Both the position numbers and the translations under genes were made by a program. From Euprymna scolopes (Eukaryota): DNA of 64,000 nucleotides. Positions 41,063 to 54,595 of this stretch are shown here, piece by piece. Where the stretch lies: the NCBI GenBank assembly GCA_053919585.1, contig CM132783.1. The stretch is one strand, 5' to 3'. The first letter of the stretch is position 1; each line of letters starts with the position of its first letter. Below the pieces are notes generated by a model. That model saw only the letters and a program-made list of their open reading frames with translations. It was not told where the DNA came from and made no database searches.

Positions 41063-41689
41063 TTCATTCAGCACCGAGACAAAACTTATGAAGAATTCTT
41101 GGTAAAACTATTTATCACATAAATTGAAGTCCATAACATTTAAACGCCAGTAACTCGTCTTACACACAAAATAAATAACACCCACGCTATCCTATTAATA
41201 TATATAGATNNNNNNNNNNNNNNNNNNNNNNNNNNNNNNNNNNNNNNNNNNNNNNNNNNNNNNNNNNNNNNNNNNNNNNNNNNNNNNNNNNNNNNNNNNN
41301 NNNNNNNNNNNNNNNNNNNNNNNNNNNNNNNNNNNNNNNNNNNNNNNNNNNNNNNNNNNNNNNNNNNNNNNNNNNNNNTCAGAAGACGTAAAGCAAAACA
41401 GAGTTTGCATGAATTTTGTCTATTTCAATATTGAAGGTTGTTTGCCGGTTGTGAGTAGAAAGCCTCCTTCGAAATAACAAAATAAAAACATCAATAACAA
41501 GAACAACGACAGTAAAACCAAAAGTAATTATTTCTGTTGAATTTTTCGTTTTAACGTTCAATGCTTCGATGAATGAAGACGTCTGTTGCTGCATAGAACG
41601 ATTCATTTATTATCATAGTTTTTATTTTTTATTAATTTTATTATTATAATTATTTATATTGTCATTTTGCTGTTATTATGTTTTTCTGT

Positions 41690-41807
41690 GCAATTTTTTA
41701 ATGTGCATTATCGCAGCAGCTGCTTGCCATTGATATTTCGTTGGCCGCAGCTATTATTCTTTGCTGTGATTTGAGTCACAATCAACTTCCCCATGGTTCC
41801 AGTTCTC
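41690..41807 (-). mobile_element. Family C 3' UTR piece (distal part of a split copy)
   Basis: Aligns by eye with 48095-48205. The same copy continues at 43972-44035 and 47673-47830. Confidence 0.65.
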
Positions 41808-41810
41808 TTT

Positions 41811-43970
41811 TTTTTTTACACAGTGATCACCACTTATCAAGGCCCGGAAGCCACTCAGGGATAAGGGTTATTGCAAGTACATTACGTTAGTGAGGTTAAC
41901 ATTTGACTTGAAGACATCCAAGTTGTAGTCCGGAGGGAAGCAGGCAGACGGAACAGAGTTCCACAGGCGTGCAGTTCTAAGAAAGAAGCTTTGCTCATGA
42001 AATCCGCGTTTTGATTTAGGCACAGATATAGAGTGGGGAAAATTTTTCACAGTGGATTCAGCTAGACGGGTGTTTTTCGTGAAAGATTGGCGAGGGGGAC
42101 CAGGGATTGGAGTTCAGACGAGCACCTGCCATGAAAATAACGATAAAACAAGGATAGGCTCGCAACGTCTCTTCTGTGGGAGAGGGGTTGCAGGGTAGAG
42201 AAAAGGGCATCCCCCACTAAACCACGAAGTCCATTTTGTACTCTGTCAAGGCATGATAGGCTGATTTTGGCAGCTCCTGCCCAGATATGGCAACGGTATT
42301 CCATCCTTGGCCGTACTTGGCTTTTATATAGATAGAGAATTGCATCAATAGTGAGATATCTTCTGGAGCGGTAGAAGGATCCCACCATCTTTCCGGCGAC
42401 CTTGGCAACAGACTTGATGTACGTGTTCCATTTCAGATCAGGAGTAAAGGTCAAACCCAGAAGCTTGTCAAAACACGGGGCCTCACCCAGACGAGAGCCA
42501 TCCATCACAATTGATACAAGATGGGGATCAGAGCGTTGATGATGTAAGGATAGGAGTTTGGTTTTGGATGCATTAAAGGTAACTAGCCACATCTTCCCCC
42601 ACTGAACCACGCGCTCGAGATCAGAGGAGAGAGAATCCGAGAGAACTTCGTCATTTACAGCCTTTGATGTGTTGCCGTAGATGGTCATGTCATCAGCATA
42701 GATGTCAACGAATAATTTAAGTATGTGTTTAGGGAGGTCATTGATGTAGATCAGGAAGAGAGTTGGGTCCAGTATTGACCCCTGAGGGACTCCAGCATTT
42801 ATATTGCAGGCCTCCGATTTTTGTCAATCTACCACTACTCTTATGAGCCTATCGGAAAGAAATGATTTAATGATTGAGAAAACATTTCCAGTTATACCGT
42901 AGCTGGAAATCTTGTGAAGTAGACCCTTATGCCATACTTTGTCAAAGGCCTTTGATATGTCAAGAGCAATTGCCCTAGAAAGGAAGCCTTTGTCAAGAGA
43001 TTCACTAATCCTCTGGGATATAACCGTCAGCACATCTGCGGTAGATCTTGCAGAGCGGAAACCATATTGTGTGTTACTAAGAAGGTTATTCCTGGTGAGG
43101 TGGTTGAATATTTCTCTATTTAATATTGATTCCAGCAACTTACTCATAACACAGAGAAGACTTATTGGTCTGTACTGAGAGGGAGATGACTTATCACCTG
43201 AATTCTTAAATAAAGAGCAACTGATTAGGTCTTCCAGGGGGTCGGAAAGCACTTCTCCTTAAGGCAACGCTTAAATAGTTTCGTAAGTATGGGAGCAAGT
43301 TCTGGTTGAAGCTTTTTTAACACTATAATTGGGATGCCATCAGGGCCAGTTGCTTTACTGGAATCTAGGTGTTTTTATTAGCTTGGCGACCTCATGCACG
43401 GATATTTGTATGTTACCTAGCTTGTTCTGTGTTATAGGAGGAAATATGGGGAGTTGATGGCCTTCGTCGCATAGGGTAGAATTAGCTGCAAAGTTCTTTG
43501 CAAATAGTTTGGCCTTGTCTGACGCTGACGAGATAACCTCTGGTCCATTGATAATTGTTGGGATAGAACGCACACTTCTGTTCAGGATCCTATTTGTTAT
43601 TTGCCAACACTGGTGGGAACCAAGCCGCTGATCAGCTACCTTGGATTTAACAGACTGGGCATATAGCTCTCTTGCATTTTTATTACTCTTTTACAGTGGT
43701 TGCTCGCAGTCCTGAAAGCAGCTTTAGTGTCAGTGCATCTATTACGTTGGTAGCTATGGAAAAAGTGATTTCTGTGCGCGATAGCAGCAGCACATTCAGG
43801 GGAGAACCATGGCTGGCTGTTAGGTTTTTGTTTAAATTTTTTAGATGGTATGAATTGGTCTATGCCTACAATTAACCATTCGGTCAGATCTGATACTATA
43901 GAGGACACTTCCTTTTTAAATATGGAGTGCAGAGGTAAATCAGATATGAATGTACGGAAGCTATCCCAGT
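41811..43970 (-). mobile_element. LINE family A, young 5'-truncated copy
   Basis: Highly similar to 10330-12539, with poly(T) at 41808-41817. CTTT is duplicated at 41807-41810 and 43971-43974. A ~45-bp deletion removes the ORF stop region. Confidence 0.92.
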
Positions 43971-44035
43971 CTTTGCGCATATCTGGCTAAGGTCTGGCCA
44001 TTTCATTGGTATTTACTTCCTCTTTCACTCTACTG

Positions 44036-47000
44036 CAAGCATATTTAACTCAGAGCCTCTCGGGGCCAAAATAATTGGTTTTTGGTGTCATGAGGACCGC
44101 ATGTCTACAATATTAATGAAAGTCCTTAAATAAAAATCATTGCTGAATATGTTTCTCTTACCGGTAATTTAGAAGCATTCAAAAGTTTAATCATATTCAA
44201 TAATTCAAATTAAAAGTACTTGTAGGTTAACAAAATAATATGACAATGTACATTAACCCGCCATAGAAATATGTTCTTTATTTCAATATATCCAACTTTT
44301 AAAATGTTACATACATAGCCGACATGCATTTGAATGCAACAAGTGCAATGCACATAGATTCTAATAATTCTTAATTAAAGTTTATTATCAAGTACTCAAA
44401 CATGTTTCGTGTTTTCTCCTGGGGTGTTGCCCTCTTGTTCTTAACAAGATTTGTATATACCTGACTGAAGTTTCTGTGTATTTTCCAGCTTTACACGAGA
44501 AGATAAGTGTTATTCAGTCGACCTTGTGCTCTGAGGAGTATTTATTTCTGTCATGTAGGAAATAATTGTTCGCACAGATAGATGGAACGAATCATTGTTA
44601 CAATCCGTGTGCCAAACCTTCTGAAATTTATAAACCTTTTCGGCATGTATTAAATCAGATATTCCCACTTCAAAATACTTTGCTCTGAAGAAAGAATCCG
44701 ATTGCATTTCTAACAGTTCCATTTTTAAGCTTTCGTCTGCCTTATTAATATCAAAAGTAAATGGCGCTATTAATAATGCAAACTTTTGCTTAAAATGTGA
44801 AAAATCACGAAATCTTTTTGGAAACTCCTTTGACAATAATTCCAGGTGACTGGCATACTAAACAAAACTTAGTGATGAATTAGTACTATTTTTTCAGCTC
44901 TTTGCACCAAGAAAAATGAATTAAATTTTCATTTGACATTTGTGACTTCCATAATTGCAACTTTGTAGTGAAGCATTTGACGTCATCATATAACTGAGTC
45001 ATGGGTTTGTTTTTACCTTGTAATTCCAAATGGAGATCGTTTAATTGTGGTGTAATGTCCCCGCCAACATTCATCTGTTATTTTATCAGTGTTTCCAGCT
45101 TTCATCTCCAAAACAGTGATTATTTCTTGTCTTAACAAATACAATCTTTTCAACAGTTGGTGACAGGATAACCAGCGTACACCTGTGTAGAATAGAACGT
45201 TGGTGAACTGATCATCCATATCTTCTAACAACTAGTTGAATTGAGAGTGGTTGAGAGAACGACGTCTTATATAGTTCACTTCTTTATGACAAAAATAAGC
45301 ACATGGTCCAATTTAAAAATCTTTGAACACAAATTTTGTTGATATATAATACAGTGGGAACGTGTTAATGAAAATACGGATGTAAATTCTTCATTTGTGC
45401 TTGTAACTTGGCAGCAACATCATTATGCTTGCCAACCATATTTGCTGAACCGTCAGTAGACGAGCATACAAGCTTGCTCAAATCTGAATCAAATTCATTC
45501 AGAACCCGTTCCACGTTCTCAAATATGGCCTAGCTCGTTGCAGTGTCATGCATAGGGATTACTTCAATCAGTTCGTCATACATGTTGAATTTATTGTCAC
45601 AGGCCCTTATAAAGACCGGAAGCTGAGTTATCCCAGTGATATCAACATCCCCATCAATTGCAATTTAAAACTGTTCAAATCTTAATGATACAGCTTTCAA
45701 CTGGTGCTTCAAATCACTTGTCATTTCATCAATCCGCTCAGCAACAGTATTCCTAGTGAGGGAAATATTTTGGAACAAGTGTGTTTTTTTCCGGACACAA
45801 AACTTCGGCCGTTTTTATAAGGCATTGTATTAAAATATATCCTTCGGTGTAGGCTTCCCCATGCATTGCTATCAATCGACTGTTCATAGCTTCCAGTAAC
45901 GGAAGCGACATTTACTTTCTGACTTTTGTTGCTGTGTCAAGTTAACCCTTAATACTTTGAGCATTGAATCATGCATAGCCCCTTCATATTTATTATAAGA
46001 CAGATAATTCGTTTCATAATGTATTTGCAGGTTATACGCCTTAGGCGTAGAAATATTGTTATTTCAAATTCACTTCTGTGCAAAAATACTGTAGTTCCCG
46101 TTTTTCTTAGAACTCTCACTCTTCGCCATTTATATTCCATATTCCTTAGTCGCAGAAGCACTAGCCATTTTGAAAATAAGGCACAACGTGGAAAATTAAA
46201 AAGTCCAAATAAAATCAATCACAACGAAAAATATTTATAAAATTTCCATAAAAGCAGTTATTACAAAACAATCTGACCACTGCATAGTATTACCCGATTC
46301 ATATTTTAGTTATAAAATCAATTTTAATAACCATTACCCAATAGTAAAAAGGCAATATAGATATAGGACCTACATCGCAGGAAACATAAAATTACATAAA
46401 ATAAATACAGAATAAAAGGTGTCTTCGAAGAATAGTAACACTTTCTTATCTATCCTTGCTTTAAGGAATTTATTCTTTATATTGAAATCATCAATCAAAG
46501 GCTTAGAACGTCACGGGCACAACGTTTTTTTTTTCATTTATCACTTTATGAAGACAATTTGCTTATTGGCAGGTTTATTGAAACTAGAAGAAGGAAAAAA
46601 ACTGGAAAGGAAAGACAAAAGAAATACAGTGAAAGTGTGACAAGTTGGTTAGAGAGGGGAGCAGCACACGCTTAAAAGTCAATGACAATGAAAATAATGA
46701 TGTGAAGAAACTGAAACTCAATAAACTCTGTAAAAAAAAAACAGGTAATTGTTTCTTTGAGGACCCACTGAAGCTAATTTACCGGTGATATAGCAAAACG
46801 CTTGCCCCTTCGAAAAATTGAATTTTCTGCTGGTGTTGTGTCTTGTAAAATTACGTTTTGTCGGTTTTTACGGGTGCAACTCGAAAAAGATACAACAAAT
46901 CTAACGAAACCAATGCAATGAAATAAGTTTTTATTAATTTTAAATAATAAAAAAAAACGAATCAAAAATTTACAAATAAAACGAAAAAATTAAAACTAAA

Positions 47001-47672
47001 TCAAATGTAACGGATTAAAAATATAAAAACAATAACAATTTTGAATTTTAAAAGAAAAAATAATATTGTAGCTGGAATTGCTTTTTTTACTGTCTTTGTT
47101 GCTGTTATTTTTCTGATTAATGCCTAACAAATTTATTTTTGAAAAATAAAATAAATTCAACTGTGTAAGCAGAACAATTTATAATTTTAATTGCATCACA
47201 CTTAATTTTACAAAGCCCACAACGAGTAGGAGATTAGGTTTTTATCTTATTACCGGTAATTAAGCTTAAGTGTGTCCTCAGAGAAACAAATATCGAGTGA
47301 AAAAAGATAAGCTACCGCTGGGTAAGTATGTTGGCGGGCAGGTGAAAAGGAAGTTAATGACACCGCAGGAAGTTGGTTTAGGGCTAGGAAAGTACCCTAA
47401 GTAATAAAGAGTAAGTAAGGGAAGTAATGGGAAGTCGTGCTAGTTGTGTTTGTGACGTTGTAAGCTTTCGATATGTGGTCACAGTATAAAAAAATACTTT
47501 CCTAATGCGAGGATAGCAAAGAATATTTAGCTACTTTTCGAACTTACCTCTTATTTTGATCTTTTCTTTTTTCTCCTTGATTTTTCTTAGTTGCTTAAAA
47601 TTGTCTATGGGGCCGCAATTCTGCTTCATGCAGGCCGCATGCGTCCCGCAGGCAGAATCTCTCCCATGCCTG
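44036..47672 (-). mobile_element. hAT (Charlie/SPIN-type) DNA transposon with both ends, decayed transposase
   Basis: Ends CAAGCAT.../...ATGCCTG, subterminal gcaggccgcatgcgtcccgcaggc, and 8-bp TSD ctctactg (44028-44035) / ctctactt (47673-47680). Transposase pieces: FYTGVRWLS..LKRLYLLRQEI, QLNDLHLELQGK, LKMELLEMQSD (44510-45231). Confidence 0.85.
46726..47299. mobile_element. MITE nested in the hAT element (possibly CACTA-like ends)
   Basis: ~42-bp subterminal inverted repeats at 46749-46790 and 47248-47289. Left end ctctgtaaaaaaa, right end ..gagtg. Confidence 0.6.
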
Positions 47673-47830
47673 CTCTACTTGGTTATTTGCTCTCGCTCTT
47701 TTGTGGGTGGGGGAAGTGATGTGTCAATTGGGGTAGGATTTTGTTAGAGGAATTATATATGCGGTTTCAGTGTTCTTGGCTCCATGTTGTGTTTCATGTT
47801 TTGCCTTTTAAGCAGTTTGTCTGGTACGCA
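47673..47830 (-). mobile_element. Family C 3' UTR piece (proximal part of a split copy)
   Basis: Aligns with 48262-48430 and with the reverse complement of 38965-39130. Confidence 0.7.
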
Positions 47831-47847
47831 TTTACAGCACCTGCGTT

Positions 47848-47872
47848 TATTATTATTATTATTATTATTATG

Positions 47873-47914
<42 letters not shown>

Positions 47915-50900
47915 GTTGTTGTTCTTGTTCTTCCTCGTCTCTTTCTTCTTCGTCTTCTATTTTTATCTTAGTCCTCACAATGGGTTTATCAGAGGTCATC
48001 AAAGATCTCTTCTTGAAAACAGCATTTGGCGTTCCCTGGAAGCAGACTGAAACAAGTCTCCTCAGGTTTTAATACTCTCCACCTCTTTCGATATTTTTTT
48101 TGCATTATCGCAACCACTGAATGCCATCGATTTTTCGTCCGCAGCGTCTATTGTTCTTCGCTGGAATTTGAGCGGCAATAAGCCTTCCCAAGGTCCCACT
48201 TCTCTTCGCACATATTCTGCTGGGGTCTGGTCAGTTAATCGGTCTTTCTTTCATCGTTGACTCCTCTTGGTTATTTCGTCTCGCTCTTTTTTTTTGGGGG
48301 GGGACAATGGTGTTGAAATGGACGGATGGGGTGAGAGTTGGGTTAGAGAAGTTATAGAAATGCGGTTTCAGTGTCTTTGTTTCAATGTAGCTTTAAATGT
48401 GTTGCTTTGCGGCAGTTTGTCTGGACCGTGCATGTTGCTCATGTCTGTTAATTTCCACATTCAAGGGGGTTTCTCTAATAGTTCAGCAATCATTTCTTTG
48501 ATTCCAATTTCTGACATTCTTTTATCAAAGTTTTTCGGGATTGTTCCTAGTGCTTCTACTATTATAAGTATTATTTTGATTTTCTTTATCTTCCATATGG
48601 CTTTCAACTCTCTGGCTAGCTCTGTGTATTTGCTCACTGTCTCCTTTTCTTTGATATTTACCCGGTAGTCAGCTGAAACTTAAACGTCTAAATTTTGACA
48701 GAAGTTCCTTTGCTGTTCATTATTACGACATCCGGCCATCTTGAATGGATGGGCTTATCAGTGTATATGCCCCTGTCTTTTAGGACTTTGTGATTCTAGT
48801 TGCTGGCTCATGTTTGTATCACTTGTCTGTGCGTTCGTGATGCAAATATTTGCATATTTCTCAGTATATGACACTTCCTACTTTGTTATGTTTGTTCTTG
48901 AATTACTTTTAGGCCAGTTGTCTGCATTCATTTATGATGTGGTTTATCGCCTTATCTCTTTGCCCACAAAGTCTGCATTTTCTGTTTTTTTATGTTTTGT
49001 CGAACTGTGTTTTAATGTGGGTAATTCCTATCAAGTTATTTTGTGCTGCAGTGATAAGGGGTTACGTTTTTCGACTGCTGTGTACTTTTTGCCTACATGT
49101 CGAAGTGTTTTTTTGTGAAACTTCAGTGTATTTTCTCACAAAGCTGTCATATAATGGTTTCTCTTCCCACTATTTTTCCTTTCTCTCATGCTTCGCCTTT
49201 CTATTTTCTTTTATGTCGATTTTTCCGTGTCCATCGCTGCTATGATCATTTTTAAGTTGTTTGACTTGTGCATTTGTATACTTCTTTTTGATGCTATTCA
49301 CACAGTCTTCTATATAAACCAGTCCCCTTCCACCCGCTTTCCTTTTTACGTAGAGTCCGTAAACAGTGTCCCTCGGATGTAGTGCGTTGTGCATAGTCAT
49401 AAGTTTCCTGATATACTGACAGAGCTGTCTAATTTCTTCTTTAGTCCACCCTATGATTGGTCCAGATTATCTTACTAGTGATGCTGCCCATGTATTTATG
49501 CCTTGTATAAGGTTTCTGGTATAAAGTTTGGTTTTCAGAATTTTTCTTGTTCTCCTGAGGTATTCTTTTCCAATTCTCTCATTTATTTCTGCTGCTTTGA
49601 TAGTGCCTGCTTCCAGTACTCCTAGGTATTTATAGGTGTCTAGTTCCACTGGTGCCTTCCTGTTCGTTTGGTTGGGTAGTTCGATGGCTTTTGTCATCTC
49701 TAATTTCCCCTTTCCTATAAGTAGTAGTGCGCACTTTTGCATACCAAGCCGGATTTGGATACCCTTGCTGAACATCCTGGATGTATTTATTAATGTCTCT
49801 AGTTCACTTTTGGTCCTTGCGAAAAGTGTCAGATCGTCTATGTACATCATATTGTTTATTTTTTCTTTCGTGTTAGAGAAATTGTTTACCAGTGCATTGT
49901 TTAGGGGCATCATGGCTATGATGTACATAAGGGTTAAAGTTAATCTCCTTGGAAGATACCGCTTTTGTATGTCAATTTCTCATATGCGTTGTCCATCAGC
50001 TGTCAGTTCCAGTCTCCATATCCTTACTCCGTTTTCAATCACGTTGATGACCCTGATTGATAGTGTATACATTTTAAGCATTCTATTATCCCTGCTGCAG
50101 GGATCTTGTCGTACCTCTTTTTTGTAGTCGATCATTGCCATAACTAAATTTTCTTCTTCTTTTAACCTATTTTAGGATCTTTTAGTCTCTATAAAACAAA
50201 CCACGTGTTCCTCTGTTTCCTTTCTGGCATCCTTTCTGTTCCTAGGGGAGAAGTCCACAATAATTCAGAGTCAGATAGCCTTTTTCCCTTAGTGGTGCTC
50301 TCAGTATTTGCCAAATAATGCGTTAGCACATGATAGGCATATAGTTGCTGAGGTCGGTTCCCTTCCCTGTACCCTTCTGCATCAACATAGTTCTGCCTTT
50401 TGTCATCCCAGCTGGTACGTTTTTTTTCCTGTATACATCTTTTGATGTATTGAGCTAGTCTTTCGTGTAGAATTGTATAATATTTTGAACCAGTATGTTT
50501 GTATTACTTTGCGATTTTTCCTATGGTTTTCTTTATGATTTCTTGGCTGATTTCACTCACTGCCCCTTCTTCGATTTCTACTAACTCTTCTTTCATGTCG
50601 TTAAGCCATTCGGCATTCCTGTTGTAGTCTTGTTGTTCTTTCTATATCTTACTCCAATAAATTTTTTTTCTTGGGTTTGGTCGTTCCGTTTTTGTTTTTC
50701 CTCTGTTTACGTATTGAAAGAATTGGCTTTCATTGTTTTCAAATGTCCTGTTTGGTTTGCATTGTTGAGATTTATATCTATATCGTCATTCCGTTCTTTG
50801 TTTTGCTACTATTTTTTTGCTTCAGATCTTAGTGTTTCTCATTTAGCCTTTTCATGCGAGTCACATGTCCAATTTAGAATTTGCTTTACGTCACTTACCT

Positions 50901-51660
50901 TCTGTTTATCGTGTTGACTTCTTTTTATGTTTGTTTATTTGGGTTCTAACCTTATTTCCTATCTAGGTTTTGTCTATGAATTTTTCCCCGGCAATTTTCA
51001 TCTGAGTTGAACTACATACTTACGATCTAGGCCCCTGCATCAATAAAATTGTTTAGTTCTGTGATTGTTTTTTTGTTGTGATGAGCTTGTTAATTTTACC
51101 TGCTACTGTTTTTTTTTTTAATTTCTCCTGTTCTTGATTTCTTAAAGATAGGAGTTTTATTTTTCCTCGTTCATGAACTGTATTATTTTTTTTTCATTGC
51201 TTCTTCTTCTGTTTTCTCTGTTATATTTTTCTCGGTTCCCTCATTAGTACGATCCAGCGTGCGCAGGTTCTCTGTCAGTGATGTTTCTTCTTGCGTGGTT
51301 TCTACACGTGCGGTTCCAGTGGGGGTAGCTCTATGCTTAATTCCCCCATTTACTTTTCGTTGTATTTCTGTTAGTTCCAGTTTTCAGAGCCGTCCTCTCT
51401 TTTGTATCAGTCTTGCTTGCTCTGCAAGTCTTTTTTCAGTTGTATGTAAAAACCGGACTTTCATGCGTTTCCAATAGTCTCTGTATTTATATGCATTATT
51501 GCTTCTATAAAAGAATTACATTACGAGGCTGTTCTCTATTTTTATCCATTTCTTCCTTTCTATTTTTTTCTTTTTTGATGGAAATCTTGTCTGTGCTTTG
51601 TTTTAGTTGTATCATTTTCATCCCTAAGAATACAGGTCATACTTACCTGTTCAGCGATTG
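47848..51660 (-). mobile_element. R4/Dong-clade family C copy with (AAT)n 3' tail/target
   Basis: ORF 49467-49928 has MMYIDDLTLF..YKYLGVLEA..KEYLRRTRKILKTKL..INTWA, and ORF 49170-49400 has HPRDTVYGLYVKRKAGGRGL. The 3' UTR is shared with 38960-39320. Confidence 0.85.
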
Positions 51661-52239
51661 TGTTATCTGTGTTTCTGAAATGAGTAAGTAGGACGATATT
51701 CGTAGGATAATGACCGGGTCTTCCCATGCTGGCATGTTAAGGAGACTCTACTGATCGTGCCACCCAGATATTTTTTCTGGGCCCAAATGNNNNNNNNNNN
51801 NNNNNNNNNNNNNNNNNNNNNNNNNNNNNNNNNNNNNNNNNNNNNNNNNNNNNNNNNNNNNNNNNNNNNNNNNNNNNNNNNNNNNNNNNNNNNNNNNNNN
51901 NNNNNNNNNNNNNNNNNNNNNNNNNNNNNNNNNNNNNNNNNNNNNNNAAGTATATCAACCATTGTCCAAATGCGTCTAAAAATTCGACTAAAGAGAACGT
52001 CAGGAAAAACATTTAACTTTGGTTGGTATCCCCCTTAAGGCTAATATTTGGATAACACTATCCATAGTGGTTAAACCTTAAAATATTAAAACCTATTTTT
52101 GGAAGTATATCTAATAAAACTGTTTAAAGATAACCACGTGAATAAGGCTGGGCCATATGAAGAAGGTCTAGCGTGCGGCAAGTGTCACACTGTTTAGCAG
52201 GGTGAGTACCGTCGTCAACATGCAACTGCATGAAATTCT

Positions 52240-54359
52240 AATGATGTTGCTTGATGTAAGGAAATGAGGATTTGCAGGCAGGGTTCCAGCACACGAAAGA
52301 AAGTTGGAACAGGAAAGTTTATAATAAACACTGCAGATGGTTAAAGAAGAGTGATGTGAATATGCTTTGTGAGGTGGAAGTACTAAACCTGGTTGAGTGA
52401 AGTTATAATGGGAATGTTGAAGAAGCGGAGCACGTTTCTAGCGAGTTTGTTATTTCAGTTAAAGTAGATTGAAAATCATGGCCTACTCATAATGATGAGA
52501 AAGGAGGAGATTTACCCGATGTTTAGGAATGAAAATAATATTGAAAGTAATATTGATGAAACTAGCGGTAACGAAACCATTAACAGTGCAGAAGGGCAAT
52601 GTAAGCGATTATGAGAGACAAGCCACTGACTAGTTATAAAATGATAAAGGAATGGTAACGTAGGATAAGACGTATAGAGGGTTAATGCAAACGAGGAATA
52701 TAACTATGAAACAACGTGGTTAGTAGATGGGGCAAATATATGGAGAAGTCGTGATAAAGTATGGGCACCGATTTTCGTAAAGGAAAAAGTACTTCAGAAG
52801 TTAAGAGAGTTTTTTTTTTGCTGGAGGCGAGATCATAGATATTCCAAACATGATGTGGAGTGAAATGTGGAAGGTTAAAGCCTAAGTAAAAACATCCCAA
52901 GACGTAATTCAAAACATCGTGAGAAATAATATATCTATTACGAGACTTAACAGACGCCTGTAAGCAGCGTCGTACGTTCTTGGGGATCGTCTTTGCTTGA
53001 TACAGAAGAAACAGAGAGAAGTGAAGGATAGAAGCCCATACTTGCAGAGGCGGCTTAAAGTAAGTATAAAACGGTGGCGAAAAGACATTAGTAGAATTGA
53101 AGACAAAAGAAAGAGAGTTAATAACAAAAATCCAAAGACAAGCTTGAAAGATAGATTGCTGGAAAATGGGGTAATAACAGTTCTAGCAACGTTAAAAAAG
53201 GAAGCCCGCGCAAGTGAAGTGAGAATTACGGAACTATCTTGGAGATTGTGTCTCGTTTCGACAAAAAAACATTTTCCGGAACAATCAGTCTCAGCTTACA
53301 AAAAAAATAAATGGTAGTAAACAGGCAGGATGAAACAGCACCCCAAACGCAGATGATGCCAGGAAGTTTGGTATGTTGTATGGCGACGTAATGAGAAGGC
53401 GATCTTGTTAGGAGAGATGAGAGCAAATGCTTAGGTAGGCAGAAGATAGAGAACGTTGTGATAAGCCTTGGCGACGTTAAGACTGGCATTCAAGCTTTAA
53501 CAAACTGGCAGGCACCTGGTCCAGTAAAAGGCTTCTGGTTTAAGCAGGTGAAATGCTTGCATTCCTTTATAGCTGCTTCTCTTCAAGGTGTCGTTGAGTC
53601 GGGTTATATCCCTGTTTGGATTGTTATAAGAAGGGTGGCATGATACTGTTGTATGATCCTGCTAGCAATTACACACCAATTACATGTCTACAACTAATAT
53701 GGAAACTGTTAAAAAGAATCTTTGCAGACAACATTTATGGACATCTTCTGGGTAATGGTGTTCTCCCTGATAAACAAAAATGGTGCCGGCACGACTCAAG
53801 AAGTACAAAGCATGAAATAATAATTGATAAGACAGTAATACAGGATACAAAGAGGAAGAAGCGGGGTTCGAGTGTAGCATGAGTCGATTACAGAAATGCT
53901 TACGACGTGGTCAACAATAATGGATCCGTGAAATTCTATCGATTATAAGGGTTTTGACAATGTGATAGGGTTTTACAGACAATCATGTCTCAATTGAAAA
54001 CGATGCTGTAGGGAAGCGAGAAGTGCTTCAGGGAGGTTTTCATTTGACGTGGAATATTGTAAGGAAGGTCCTTATCTCTACTTCCTTTTGCAACGGTTTA
54101 TGATGCCGCTGTGCATCCTCTTGGAGAGAGAGAGAAGCTGGGCCACAGCTATGGAGCTGGTGGTAGACGCCTCACTCATCTACTGTTTATAGATGATTTG
54201 AAGATATTTGGTAGAAATAATAAGTAATTGGAGAATTTTTTAGAGCTTGTAGACAAATGCTCAGAAAACATCGGGGTGGATTTTGGGATTAGTCAGTGTT
54301 TGGTGTTTGTTATAAAAAAGAAGAGTAAAGGCACATTAAAATGGAATAGTTTTATCAAA
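52240..54359 (+). mobile_element. Second R4/Dong-type RLE retrotransposon family (D), decayed
   Basis: LTNWQAPGPVKGFWFK, SNYTPITCLQLIWKLL, VDYRNAYDVV, THLLFIDDLKIF and SENIGVDFGISQC. Confidence 0.8.
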
Positions 54360-54595
54360 NNNNNNNNNNNNNNNNNNNNNNNNNNNNNNNNNNNNNNNNN
54401 NNNNNNNNNNNNNNNNNNNNNNNNNNNNNNNNNNNNNNNNNNNNNNNNNNNNNNNNNNNNNNNNNNNNNNNNNNNNNNNNNNNNNNNNNNNNNNNNNNNN
54501 NNNNNNNNNNNATGCAAAAATATGAGATTTGCATTGACAATAACACGTTCTGCTCCATGTGACAAGTCCGGTCATTTACATACAACAGAAAAAAG

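Noticed and set aside
51685-51789. Possible HDV-like ribozyme at the 5' end of the minus-strand family C element
   Set aside because: Some pairings exist (tggcacg/catgcca, gcccaga/tctgggt), but I could not build P1.1, P3/L3 and J4/2 consistently, and the region abuts a gap.
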